From the NCBI RefSeq assembly GCF_004010195.1, contig NC_057720.1, positions 34,325,453 to 34,389,452 on the forward strand: a stretch of DNA of 64,000 nt. Reading direction: 5' to 3'. Every line of letters starts with the position of its first letter. Position 1 is the stretch's first letter. This DNA comes from Chiloscyllium plagiosum. Taxonomy: Eukaryota. Under the pieces are notes generated by a model, which saw only the letters and a program-made list of their open reading frames with translations, ran no database searches and had not been told where the DNA came from. The position numbers and the translations under genes were made by a program. Shown here piece after piece: positions 25,576 through 37,535 of the stretch.

Positions 25576-25754
25576 CAATCAAAAGTTGCATGACACTAGG
25601 TTATAGTCCAACCAGTGTATTTGAAACCACAAGCTTTTGGAGCAGAGTGATCTGAAAGCTTGTGATTTTCAATGAACCTGTTGGACTATAACCTGATGTT
25701 GTGTGACTTCTGACTTTGTCCACCACAGTCCAATCCCAACATCTCTGCATCATG
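25576..25754 (+). mobile_element. Palindromic PLE derivative (family B)
   Basis: ggttatagtccaac...cacaagcttt / aaagcttgtg...gttggactataacc arms plus tail; 12-bp duplication actacctaaaca at 25564-25575 and 25755-25766. Confidence 0.8.
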
Positions 25755-26276
25755 ACTACCTAAACAGAGTTTGGTCCACTTTTAACTCATACAAACCTTA
25801 TTCACTTACACAACATCAAAACTGGCTGTTCCACTATCTCATTAGCCTAATCGTGTATTTTCACCCAACAGGTGGTAATTTGCCAGGTCAGTTCCCCTGA
25901 TTGTTGTAGGGCCCACCTCATTTTCATTTAATGGAATGAACTTCAGGCAAATTTCAAAAATAGTGTTAGTACAGAACTTAATCCATTCTGAAAATTCTGG
26001 TGAAAACAGATATGTGCGCGAAGTCCTCAGACCAAAGAAATTAAGTGCTATTTTGTGAGGCTCTATCCCATTTGCTGAGGACTGAGTGTGGTCTACTGAG
26101 AGGTCTCATGACACTAAAGAATCGATATAGTGACCCCACATGCAGCCTAATGAGATTTCTTGTGTACCTGCTGTATTGGCTTTCCAAAGTTTTAAAGTGA
26201 ATGGAGTATGCAATTGATTACTGCAATCCAAATCTCCACAGACACAAGTAGACTGGAAAAGATTTGAGACATTTCT

Positions 26277-27745
26277 TGTCATAGAGATGTACAGCATGGA
26301 AACAGACTCTTCGGTCCAACTCGTCCATGCTGACCAGCTATCCCAACCCAATCTAGTCCCACCTGCCAGCACCCGGCCCATATCACTCTAAAGCCTTCCC
26401 ATTCATATACCCATCTAGATGCCTTTTAAATGTTGCAATTGTACTAGCTTCCACCACTTCCTCTGGCAGCTCATTCCATACATGTACCACCCTCTGCGTG
26501 AAAATGTTGCCCCTTAGGTCTCTTTTATATCTTTCCCCTCTCACTCTAAACCTATGGCCTCAAGATCTGGACTTCCCCATCCCAGGGAAAGACCTTGCCT
26601 ATTTTCCCTATCCATGGCTCCCATGATTTTGTAAACTTCTATAAGGTCACCCCTCAGCCTCTGACACTTCAGGGAAAATGCCCCAGCCAAATCAATCTCT
26701 CCCTATAGCTCAACCCTGGCAACATTTTTGTAAATCTTTTCTGAACCCTTTCAAGTTTCACAACATCTTTCTAAAAGGAAGGAGACCAGAATTGCACGCA
26801 ATATTCTAAAAGCGGCCTAACCAATGTCCCTTTCAGCAACATGATGTCCCAATTCCTGTAATCAATACTCTGACCAATAAAGGAAAGCATACCAAATGCC
26901 TTCTTCACTATCCTAGCTACCTGCGACTTCACTTTCAAGGTGCTATGAGCCTGCATTCCAAGGTCTCTTTGGTCATCGACATTCCCTAGGACCTTACCAT
27001 TAAGTGTATAAGTCCTGCTAAGATTTGCTTTCCTAAGATGGAACACCTTGCATTTATCTAAATTAAACTCCATCTTCCACTTCTCAGCCATTGGCCCATC
27101 TGATCAAGATCCTGTTGTAATCTGAGGTAACCTTCTTTGCTGTCCACTACACTTCCAATTTTGGTGTCATCTGCAAACTTACTAACTACACTTCTTATGC
27201 TCGCATCCAAATCATTTAGATAAATGATGAAAAGGAGTGGACCCAGCACTGATCCTTGTGGGACTCCACTGGTTACAGGCCTCCAGTCAGAAAAACAACC
27301 CTCCACCACCACTCTGTCTTCTACCTTTGAGCCAGTGCTGTATCCAAATGGCAGGTTATCCCTGTATTCCATGAGATCCATCCTTGCTCACCAGTCTCCC
27401 ATGGGGAATCTTGTTGAACGCTTTACTGAAGTCCATATAGATCACTTATACTACTCAGCCGCCATCAAACCTCTTTGTTACTTCTTCAAAAAACTCAATC
27501 AAGTTTGTAAGACATGATTTCCCACGCACAAAGCCATGTTGACTATCCATAATCAGTCCTTGCCTTTCCAAATACATGTACATCCTGTCTCTCAGGCTTC
27601 TCTCCAACAACGTGCCCACCACTGACATCAGGCTCACAGGTCTATAGTCCCTGTCTTGTCCTTACCACCCTTCTTAAACAGTGGCACCACGTTAGCCAAC
27701 CTCCAGTTTTCCGGCACCTCACCTGTGACTATCGATGATACAAGT
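26277..27745 (-). mobile_element. HER1-like CR1 LINE, RT to 3' end
   Basis: Minus-strand ORFs with QHGFVRGKSCLTNLIEFF, GVPQGSVLGP, KFADDTK, LEYCVQFWSP. Confidence 0.96.
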
Positions 27746-27784
27746 TAGTCTCTCTTTTAGTCTGTTACAATTTTCAATACTCCA

Positions 27785-29088
27785 TGAACTTGATTGAGCT
27801 TTTCGAAGAAGTAAGCGAGGACTACAGATGCTGAAGATTCCTCGGGTGCTGCCTGATCTGCTGTGCTTTTCCAGCGCCACGCTTTTCAACTTTTTGAAGT
27901 GGCAGCAGAGAAGATTGAAGAAGGCAGCGTGATGGACGTTGTCTATACGGACTTGAGCAAGGTTTGACAAGGTTCCACATGGTAGACTGGTTAACAAAGT
28001 TAGATCACAGGGAGAGCCAGATATTTGGATACAAAATTGGCTTGAAGGTAGGAGACACTAGCCGTTGGTGGAGGTTGTTTTTTGGACTTGAGGCCTGTGA
28101 TCAGCAGTGTGCCACAAGAGTCAGTGCTGGGTCCACTGCTTTTTGTTATTTATGTAAATTATTTGGATGTGAACATACGAGGTTTGGTTAGTAAGTTTGC
28201 AGATGACACCAAAATTGGTGGTGTAGTGGACAGTGAAGAAGGTTACCTCAAAGTACCAGGGGACCTTGATCAAATGGGCAAATGCACTAAAGAGTGGCAG
28301 ATGAAGTTTATTTTAGATAAATGTGAGGTGCTGTATTTTGGAAAGGCAAACCAGGGCAGGGCTTATAAACTTAAAATGGTAAGGTTCTGGGGAGTGTTGC
28401 TGAGCAAAGAGACCTTGGAGTGCAGGTGGTTAGTTCCTTGAAAGTGGAGTCGCAGGTAGATAGGGCCGTGAAGAAGGCGTTGGTATGCTTTCCTTTATTG
28501 GTCAGTACACTGAGCATAGGAGTTAGGAGGTCATGTTGCAACTGAATAGGAAATTGGGGTTAAGCCACTTTAGGAATACTGCAGTCAATTCTGGTCCCCT
28601 TGCAATAGCAAAGATGTTGTGAAACTTGAAAGGGTTCAGAAAAGATTTACAAGGAGCTTGCCAGGGCTGGAGGTTTTGAGCTACAGGGAGAGGCTGAATA
28701 GGCTGGGGGTGTTTTCACCAGAGCATCGGAGGCTGAGAAGTGACCTTACAGAGGTTTACAAAATCATGAACAGGGTGAATAAAGATCTTTGCCCCAGGGT
28801 AGAGGAGTCCAAAACTAGGGGGCACAGTTTTAAGGTGTGAAGGGAAAGATTTAAAAGGGACTGAAGGGCCAACTTTTTCATGCAGAGTGTGGTGCATGCA
28901 TGCCAGAGGAAGTGATGGAGGCTAGTACACTTGCAACATTTAAAAGGCATCTGGATGGGTAAATGAATAGGAAGAGTGTAGAGGTAGATAGGCCAAATGC
29001 TGGCAAATGGGACTAAATTAGTTTAGAATATTTGGTCGCCATGGATGAGTTGGACTGTGTCTGTGCTGTACATCTCAAATGATTCTTA
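27785..29088 (+). mobile_element. HER1-like CR1 LINE, RT to 3' end
   Basis: ORFs 28082-28441 (SVLGPLLFVIY, KFADDTK) and 28619-28840; CR1 3' UTR. Confidence 0.95.
27813..27890. mobile_element. Collapsed family A PLE fragment nested in CR1 RT
   Basis: gaggactacagatgctgaagat (tail, reverse) joined to gctgcctgatctgctgtgcttttccagc (opposite orientation); cttttcgaag / ctttttgaag on either side. Confidence 0.7.
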
Positions 29089-30184
29089 GGAATTAACCAC
29101 ATGCATCCCTCAGGCCTCCTTTCCGGAGGTGTACATTAACTCTTTCGACCAGTACTGGTGTTCAATGAACAGCTCCTAAATGAGTTTTTTTATGGCAAAT
29201 GCTCGTATACTTTAAAAATACCTATTTAGTAATAATGGTGTGTGCCTCTATACTGAAGTCTGCTTAAATTATTACATATTGGTCATAGTTTTGTAATGGA
29301 CATTAAGGGAATCAAGGACGGTAAGGATTGGTTTGGGAAAATTGATATTTCTCTGCTGCACATTCTATGTTCAAAAATGAATTAAGGTGTATTGATGCAT
29401 CACTGATTGTGAACACAATTATTATAGATGTAGATGGATTAATCAACAACTGAATACACATCCATAGCTAGAATATGCTGAGATTTTAGCCTCTTTCAAA
29501 TACTGTCCACAGGACTACAACTTCAATAAGCAGGTTTATCTGCACCTCATGAAGGTTCATTTCAATAATCTGCTTGTTTTTAGTGTGAGCTTTCACCAGC
29601 TACCATAAAGTATTTACATCACTTATTGGCTAAGTTAGTGAAGTAACAGCCCTCAACACCGACCTTGAGCTAAGTCTCATTGAGGGATTTACTGATCGCA
29701 ATGGCAAGAACTCCCCATCCTCTCATTATGCAGCTGATTGCAATATTTTTAAATGAGGATTCTGAGGTCAGAATTGAGGTTGTGTCAACAAACAGTACAA
29801 ACAGCTTATCACATTCAAAAACTCTCATGACAGCTAGGAAATGCAAAGCTGTCATATTTAATTCCCCCTTTAAAGAAAAATTCCAAACAGAAAAATAAAG
29901 TTCAGTACACGTAAATTAGATGATTGTAAAAGTGGGGGAATATAATCAAAAATGACCTTAAAATATATTTAAAAATTTGAAAGATCCTCATAATTCAGCA
30001 CAATGGAAATATTTAACTCTCTTCTAATTGTAAATTACATTTTCATGGCCAGATCTGCTGTCCAGTAATAGTCATTACATAAATCACTTTTTGAAAATCC
30101 ACTTACCTCTGATTGAGGGATATTTGATTTTCTATGGAGTTTGTAATAGTGATGTTGAGAGGAGATTTCCACTTAAACTGATTT

Positions 30185-30700
30185 AATTTATTTTTATTCG
30201 TTATGGGATAAGGGCAATAGTGGTGTTGAGCTACCTTCTTAAACTGTTCCAGTCCACCTACTGTGGTTTGCCCCACAACGTCATTAGGAAGGGAATTCTG
30301 GAAATTTGACGTAGCGACAGTGAAGGAACAGCGATATATTTCTGTTGGTGAGAGGTTTGGTGGGGTGGGGGGAAGCTTGAGGTGATGGTGTTCCCATGTA
30401 TCTGCTGCCCTTGTCCTTCTGGATGGAAGTGGTTGTGGGTTTGGAAGGTGCTGTCTCAGGATCTTTGGTGAAATTCTGCAGTGTGTTTTCTAAATAATAT
30501 ACACTGCTGCTACTGAGCGTCGGTAGTGAAGCGAGTGGATGCTTGTGGATGTGGTGCCAATCAAGCAGGCTGCTTTTCCCTGGATGGTGTCAAACTTTTT
30601 GAGTGTTGTTGGAGATGCACCTATCCAAGCAAGTGGGATGTGTTCCATCACACTTCTGACTTGTGCCTTGCAGATGATGGACAATCAGGAGGTGAGTTAA
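30185..30700 (-). mobile_element. CR1-group LINE 3' fragment, second family
   Basis: ORF 30490-30684 KAQVRSVMEHIPLAW...DTIQGKAACLIG is a non-LTR ORF2 C-terminus. Confidence 0.8.
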
Positions 30701-31434
30701 TTGGTTATTGGCTATCATGTGGGTAGTGGTTCATGGCATTGGGAGCATAATGCAGGCCATAACAGTGCAGCGAGTGACATAACATAACTCAGGACTGACA
30801 TACTCTCTGCCCATATATTAAGTCCTGAAGTTGCAGTCAGTTTCAGTAGGATAATGATGGCAAAATACTCACTGATCACGGTCAAGAATTTCCACAAAAT
30901 TCAGGCTTTATGGATGATATTTTACAATTGGGTTTTCATCCTTGTTTTACTGTTACTGCCTCACTGTCAAACAAGGTGGTAGTTGACACATGTATCTTCA
31001 TAGGTACTATGACATAATTCCACTTGGAGAGTATGAATAAACTGACAGAGTAATATAGGTGAGGCATATTTTGCACTTTCTAAATATTCCCTCAGCATTC
31101 ATGTGTCAAGTCTATCATCCCATTTGCCTGTGTTTTATGGAAGGTTGGTGAACTTTGTGGTAGCATCTTTGATTTAAAAATGAAACAAATTATATAGTTC
31201 ACATATAATTGCCTAAACTATGTAATAAGAGATTAAATAACTCAAAACAGTAGAACAAATATGTAGCCCAACAACCCTTATTTAATTTACAGGGTAATTT
31301 ATTTTATGAATGGGCACAAATTGTAACTTGGATTAAGTATGCAAGGACTGATTTTACAAATACATCCTAACCAGGTGTCAAGTCTTGTCTGTCAACCAAG
31401 TATCCATAAATGACATTTATATAATATTATCAAT

Positions 31435-31655
31435 ATAAAAAATTGAAATTGCTGGAGAAAATCAGCAGATCTGGCAGCAACTGTGGAGAGAAAGCAGATT
31501 TAAACATTTTGGGTCCAGTGACCTTTCTTCAGAACTTTGAGCTTATTTAAGAAGCAGATGAATTTCAATCCTCATTAACCAGGTCAGAACACAGACGCTG
31601 AGTTCCTCCAGTAATTTTCTGTTTTTTGTTTCAGATTTCCAGCAACCACAGTTTA
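31435..31655. mobile_element. Family C PLE-derived repeat, two inverted pieces
   Basis: Minus arm 31435-31535 contains gtt-CTGAAGA-A-aggtc-actg-gaccc-aaaa-tg-tt; plus arm about 31590-31655. Confidence 0.65.
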
Positions 31656-31695
31656 TTATTTTATTGATTTGTAAATGAGATTCAGATCTCACCGT

Positions 31696-31979
31696 GGGTG
31701 GCACGGTGGCACAGTGGTCAGCACTGCTGCCTCACAGGTTCAATTCCCGCCTCAGGCGACTGACTGCATGGAGTTTGCACATTCTCGTGTTTGTGTGGGT
31801 TTCCTCCCACAATCCAAAAGATGTGCAGGTCAGGTGAATTGGCTATGCTAAATGCCCGTAGTGTTAGGTGAAGGGATAAATGTAGGGGAATGGGTCTGGG
31901 TGGGTTGCGCTTCGGCGGGTCGGTGTGGACTTGTTGGGGCGAAGGGCCTGTTTCCATACTGTAAGCAATCTAATCTAAT
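31696..31979 (+). mobile_element. HE1 SINE
   Basis: Same structure as 36784-37111 with small internal deletions; (taatc)n tail. Confidence 0.93.
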
Positions 31980-32489
31980 TTGATCTACGTTTGTATATGA
32001 CCTGAAACTTTATATTCTTGATTAGACTATTTCCAGAAGATGTACACAGGCCAAAACAAAAACAGGGTGAACTGAGTGTGTTGGTACAGGAGCTGTTACA
32101 ATGTGAGGCTCTTGAAGGGATTTGGTTGAGATGAGAAGAGTGCTGTGACAGTGTTTGCAGTTGATGGGTAAGGCAGGCCTTTTTTTTTAGTTTTATACAA
32201 ACCTAACATAGATTTTATTTATAATTCACATTAAACTGAAATTTACAGTCTAAATTCTGTAGTTGCTGGTCTTAAACCAGGTTTTAACAGAGCCTTCAGT
32301 GGAAAAGGTTAATTAAGAAGCAGCTCAATCCCAATCCTCGTTGACCTACGTTGACTCTTGATTGTGACTTACAATAAGGTGCGAGAGTTAAGTGGTTAGA
32401 CTGTATAACACAAATGGTGGAAAACATGAAAATATGGGTGAATATATAACAATAAAATAATTAAGAGTTCCTTAGAACACATTCAGGAT

Positions 32490-34020
32490 TGCAGGATAGG
32501 TGATGTGTCACAGCTGCAGCAGTTCTTGGATGCCAGTTTGATTCAGAGCAAACAGATCTACAGCAACGGATGGAAGATTGAGCAGTAGGGGTCATGAGTC
32601 CTGAAAGCTGTCTTGCCTCCCTACCCAGTGCCATATTTTGGAAAATCTGCACAAGACTGGAGAGGAATTTGTAGCGAGAGGGGCAGGATCCAGTCATCAT
32701 GGTTTACGTAGGTATTAACAATGTAGACAGGACAAAGAAGGAGTGTCTATATAGTTATTAGCTAGGGGCCACATCAAAAAGCAGAATGTCAATGATCATA
32801 ATCTTTGGGAAGATGTCGTAAATAAAAGAGTAGAGTCAAGGCCAAAGAGAAAGGTATTAGTACAGAAAATATAACTAGAAGATGGCAAAGGGGATAGAGA
32901 GTAACAAATATACAAGTCAACCAATAGATAAAATTAGAATTTACAAAAATGAGTAAGTGCATTAGACTAAGTGCTTTTTAAAAATCTGAATGCATCAAGC
33001 ATTCAAACCAAAACAGATAGATCGAGAAAATAAATAAGAATGAATAAGTATGATCTACTAGTCATTATTGAGACATGACTGATGGATGACATGACTGAGA
33101 TGTGTATCCTGAAGAGCACAGGACACCTAGGACTAGGAATAGGTGGAGGGATTTGTTAGTTAGTAATGATATTAGAAACTTAGGATGACCTTAGCTGAGG
33201 AAACAAAGAGGTAGGAACAGTTTGGGTAGAAATGGGAAATGAAAAAGGGAAGAACTCAATTGTGGGAATGGGGTACAAGCCCCCTAAAAATAACCACATC
33301 AATAATCGTGGGAGATTTAATTTATATTAGACAATTTTGGACAAATCAAGTGGGTAAAAATAGCCTAGATGAGAAATTCATATAATGTTTAAGATAATTT
33401 CTAAGAATAGCATGTTTTGGAGGTGAATGGAAAGCAAGCTGTATTGGAATTAGTAATGTAGAATGAAAACATATTAATTAATTAATGATCTCATAGCAAT
33501 TTGAGGGAAAGAGGAGTGGGTCCAAGATTATTTTTGAAAAATAAAAAACAATTAATATAATGAAAGCTAATCTGCCTAAAGTGACTTGGCAAATTAGGTT
33601 AAAAGACAGGTCAACAGACAGCCAATGGCAGACATTTAAAAGGATATCTCAGAAACGAGAATAGATACATTCAAACGATCAAGTTTGAAAGTAAACCTAC
33701 CATCAATAGGTTAACTAGAAATTTTAATATAATATCAGTTTAAAATAAAACACTTAATTGTGCAAAGACAGGTGGTAGGTCAGATGATTGGGCAATATAT
33801 ATTGTTGTAAAAAACAAAGAATGACCAAAAACACTAATGAGCGAATAATTATGAGTGAGTATGAGAGAAAGCTAAAACAGATATTGTTGAAACAGATCAT
33901 GCAGGGTTCTGTAATTATTTATATGAAAATATTAACAAAGTGAGCATTAGTCCAACAGTAAATGAGCCTGAAGAATTAACAATTCAAAATCACAGATGAG
34001 TTAATCAGATATTTCCCATC
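32490..34020 (+). mobile_element. Old CR1 LINE fragment (ORF1 end, endonuclease, linker)
   Basis: Decayed gaggggcaggatccagtcatcatggtttacgtaggtattaac (ORF1), gtcattattgagacatg and gtgggagatttaat (endonuclease motifs). Confidence 0.7.
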
Positions 34021-34047
34021 AGTCTTCTTTACAGAAGCAGCAGTAAG

Positions 34048-34175
34048 GACAGCATAGTGGCACAATAGTTAGCACTGCAGCCTCAGTGTCAAACACCCAA
34101 CCTTGATTCCAGTCTTGGATGACTGTTTGTGTGAGATTTTTCCTGTTTCCTCCCACAGTCCAAAGATGTGCAGGT
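34048..34175 (+). mobile_element. Degenerate HE1 SINE 5' half
   Basis: ggacagcatagtggcacaatagttagcactgcagcctca...tttcctcccacagtccaaagatgtgcagg. Confidence 0.8.
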
Positions 34176-35891
34176 TTCCAATTCTCTCCCCTAACCCTGA
34201 CAGCACTTTGAAAACTGTAAACTGTCCCAGCAGTGCCTGGATCCAGAGATAGTCCCAACATCACAATTTTTAAACTGCACGTACATTGAGTCCCTCACCT
34301 CAACAGTGATTGAAAATCTGGCTATCCATGTGGGCATTTTGGCCAGATATTTTGCAAGAAGGAGCTTCCTTATTCCTAGGTCTCCTGTAAAAGGAGTCAG
34401 GCAAGTTGCTTTCAATCTGCTCTAAATGTTGTGCTTCAAATGACCGATAGCCAAAATATCTCACCTGAAAGTCTGAGAATTTATCCCCAAATACATCTTC
34501 CCAAACTGCTTTGTTAGCTTGCCATTGTTAGAAAAATACATTTCAAAAACCTCCTACACAACCACTATCTACTAAGGTAAGAACAAATATTCATAACTTG
34601 TTTGTTGCATAATTTTTAAAAAGTCTCTTAAGCTATGTTTGTGCAGTCAGATGTATTCCATGGTTAAAGTTTTGCTATTTTTTGGCTTTTAAAATACTGT
34701 TTTAAACTCCCAGAGGCAAACATAAACTGCATTAATTGATCTTATTAATAGGTTAACAACATCCTCATACAAAGATGTGATTAATTGAAGCTGACTGCAG
34801 TTAAGACAAGAACTTCAGCAAATTGGTTGTTATCTTTACTCAGGAGCTTGGAACAAATGCATCAAGACAGTGATTATATCTCAAAAATTTGAAAACATTA
34901 GGATTATGTAATAAACCCTGAAGTATGATGTTTCTGAGAATAAAAACTGAGCAGTATTGAAGGAAGTTTCTTCTTGCATGAACAATAATACAAAGTTATC
35001 TGAATGCATTTCAAAAAGAGCTTTAACAATTCAGTTTAAATTATATTGCAAAATATGTATTGTATAATTGTATTGATGTAGACCTAGCATCTAATCCTGA
35101 TGCAATCAAACTAATTAATAATACAAACTAATTAATCAGTCAATCATAATTAAGTATCACATTGTTTAACTGCATGCATCATTCACTAATCAAGGAAACA
35201 GGCAACAAGTACATTCCAATGCATCAGATGAAGCTCTGCAGACCACTGGGAGGTGTGTAAAAACAGCTGTTGACTTTTCCTATCTTCAAACTCTATATTT
35301 CACAGCAATAGGACCATGCAAGCTTTGCAATAGTGCAATTCCCTGTGCCGGTTCAAGTCATATTACCACTCACACTGGGCAAGCAGAGATTTCAACCAAA
35401 TATACCATGTGTCCCTATCACCTTTCCCATCATATGTGTGCAATTACAAACTGAACATTCAAGTGTAACCTGCAAAAAGCCACTGTCCAAAAAATGTGTT
35501 GCTTTATATACTAGACTTCAAAAAATATTGGCTGAAAAGTCATTAATCTGAAAGATTAGCAGTGGGCTAACTCTTACTTTATTTGTACTTTAAATGTAAG
35601 TAGTGTCAGATTTTTTTGGAGGGTTTTTCCACCACACAACCTTGCAAAATTTCCCATCATACCTTACCAAACCCAACATAATAAATACTGACGCCACCAT
35701 TATAGTTTCCTTCAAGTTCAATTCTGGCTGCATTTTAGCATTTCTGGGACGACTCACCAGTCAGCGGATATCCTGGAATCCACTGGCATCCCTTGCACCT
35801 GTGTCATCTTTAAAAGCCCATTCTCTACCAGGATAAGCAATGCCAGTTCAGAGCTGCCCTGCATAGTTCCTGATATTTGCTCCAGACACAG

Positions 35892-36420
35892 ATGAGAAAA
35901 TTGGTGCCCTGCTTTGTGGGCAAAGCCCTGGAGGTTCTATTAGATGAGGTTGTGCAGGACTTCCTTTTCCCCAGGGCCAGTAGTGGAGGCCATGGCACCA
36001 GATCATGCCAACATGGTCCAGCACTGTAGAAAGAAGGTTGACAATCTTTTCTGCTCTGCCATCGTAAATACCACCATCTTCTCACTGAAATCTTACACTC
36101 ACTCTTATCTCTGCTACTACTGCCAACTTCCACCAAGACTCATGCTCTCCCACTCTGGCTACTTGCCTGCAACATCTTCCCTTGCTCGCTCTCACCCACT
36201 CCAATCCTAACATCACTAACAATGCGTGCCCTCTGTCCTGCCTACTCACTTGCTTGGGACACCTGAGTGAAAATAACAATTGTGCCAGCCACTATTGTCT
36301 CATTCAATGCCTGTCTTTTCCTCAGTCCAGGAGGAAAACAATCCACAATAGGACAGAAGGACTGGAGCCTGACATCCCACTCCTTACTCTTTATATGGAG
36401 AACTTCCTGACTCTGACTGC
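35892..36420 (+). mobile_element. PIF/Harbinger relic, Myb/SANT-like gene in two segments
   Basis: MRKLVPCFVGKALEVLLDEVVQDFLFP, then frameshifted QHCRKKVDNL, a pyrimidine-rich spacer, then RKTIHNRTE..PDIPLLTLYME. Confidence 0.68.
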
Positions 36421-36783
36421 ATCAAGTGACTGACTGTCTGCATCCAAATCCCTGGGCTAGTATTGCCATTAACTTACTGTGCTGGAACTCCCTGACCAAA
36501 GGCTATTTTCCTTGACTTGACTGAGGCCTGCTGACAACTGTGACAAGCTTCCTCCCTTTGTGTCTGTGTTAACTGGCAAGGCAAGATAGTAGGAATATAA
36601 GCCTGGTATTTCTGGCTTTGGGGACAAGGCAAGGCAATGCAATGCAAGGCAGGGATACTATGAGCATCCAAATAGGCTGAGAATTGGGTGTCAAAGTCTG
36701 TATATGTACAGTGCATGTGGCTGGTATCCATGGAGCATGCCAAGAGATGTTAGTGCCCTGTGTCTAACCTTTGGACCAAGCAT

Positions 36784-37111
36784 GGGCGGCACGGTGGCAC
36801 AGTGGTTAGCACTGCTGCCTCACAGCGCCAGAGACCTAGGTTCAATTCCCGCCTCAGGCGACTGACTGTGTGGAGTTTGCACATTCTCCCCGTGTCTGCG
36901 TGGGTTTCCTCCGGGTGCTCCGGTTTCCTCCCACAGTCCAAAGATGTGCAGGTCAGGTGAATTGGCCATGCTAAATTGTCCGTAGTGTTAGGTAAGGGGT
37001 AAATGTAGGGGTATGGGTGGGTTGCGCTTCGGCGGGTCGGTGTGGACTTGTTGGGCCGAAGGGCCTGTTTCCACACTGTAAGTAATCTAATCTAATCTAT
37101 CTAATCTAATC
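36784..37111 (+). mobile_element. Full-length young HE1 SINE
   Basis: Intact A and B boxes, V-domain, retained CpGs, (taatc)n tail. Confidence 0.96.
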
Positions 37112-37439
37112 AATGAGTTGAAATTACCAGGTAGCTACTCTGTTCTCCATGTTGAGTTTTTCTCTAGGTATAGCTTTTGGTTCATTTGGCATGATAGGAG
37201 ATTGATTATTAATGAGGTGAGCTGGCTATTAAGAGAATGGTTAACAAGCAATAATCCCCCTTAATCACCCACTTGCTGCTGCCTTGTGGGAATGTTCACT
37301 GTTTCGATTGTCAAAAGCATGAAAGATGGAGTGAGCTCCCAAGATGGGCATCGTCAGGTGTCTCATCCGGCTCTGGCACAAATCTCACCATAGCCCATGT
37401 CACTCAGCCCCCTAGTGGATTATATTAGATTTTGCCTAA

Positions 37440-37535
37440 TGTTTCTCTCTCCACAGATGCTGCAAGACCGGCTGTGTTTACAGTATTTTCAGTTTTTATC
37501 TCAGATTTCCAGTATCTGCAGGATTTTCTTTTGCT
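37440..37535 (+). mobile_element. Family C PLE-derived fragment
   Basis: tctctccacagatgctgcaagacc...cagatttccagtatctgcagg matches the 19420 and 31600 copies. Confidence 0.6.

Noticed and set aside
29670..29898. Overlapping 61-72 aa ORFs on both strands
   Set aside because: No recognisable motifs or supported exon structure
30108..30178. Minus-strand mini-exon ending cagag|gtaagt
   Set aside because: Strong donor, but the acceptor lies in a LINE A-rich tail without a pyrimidine tract and the peptide is unrecognised
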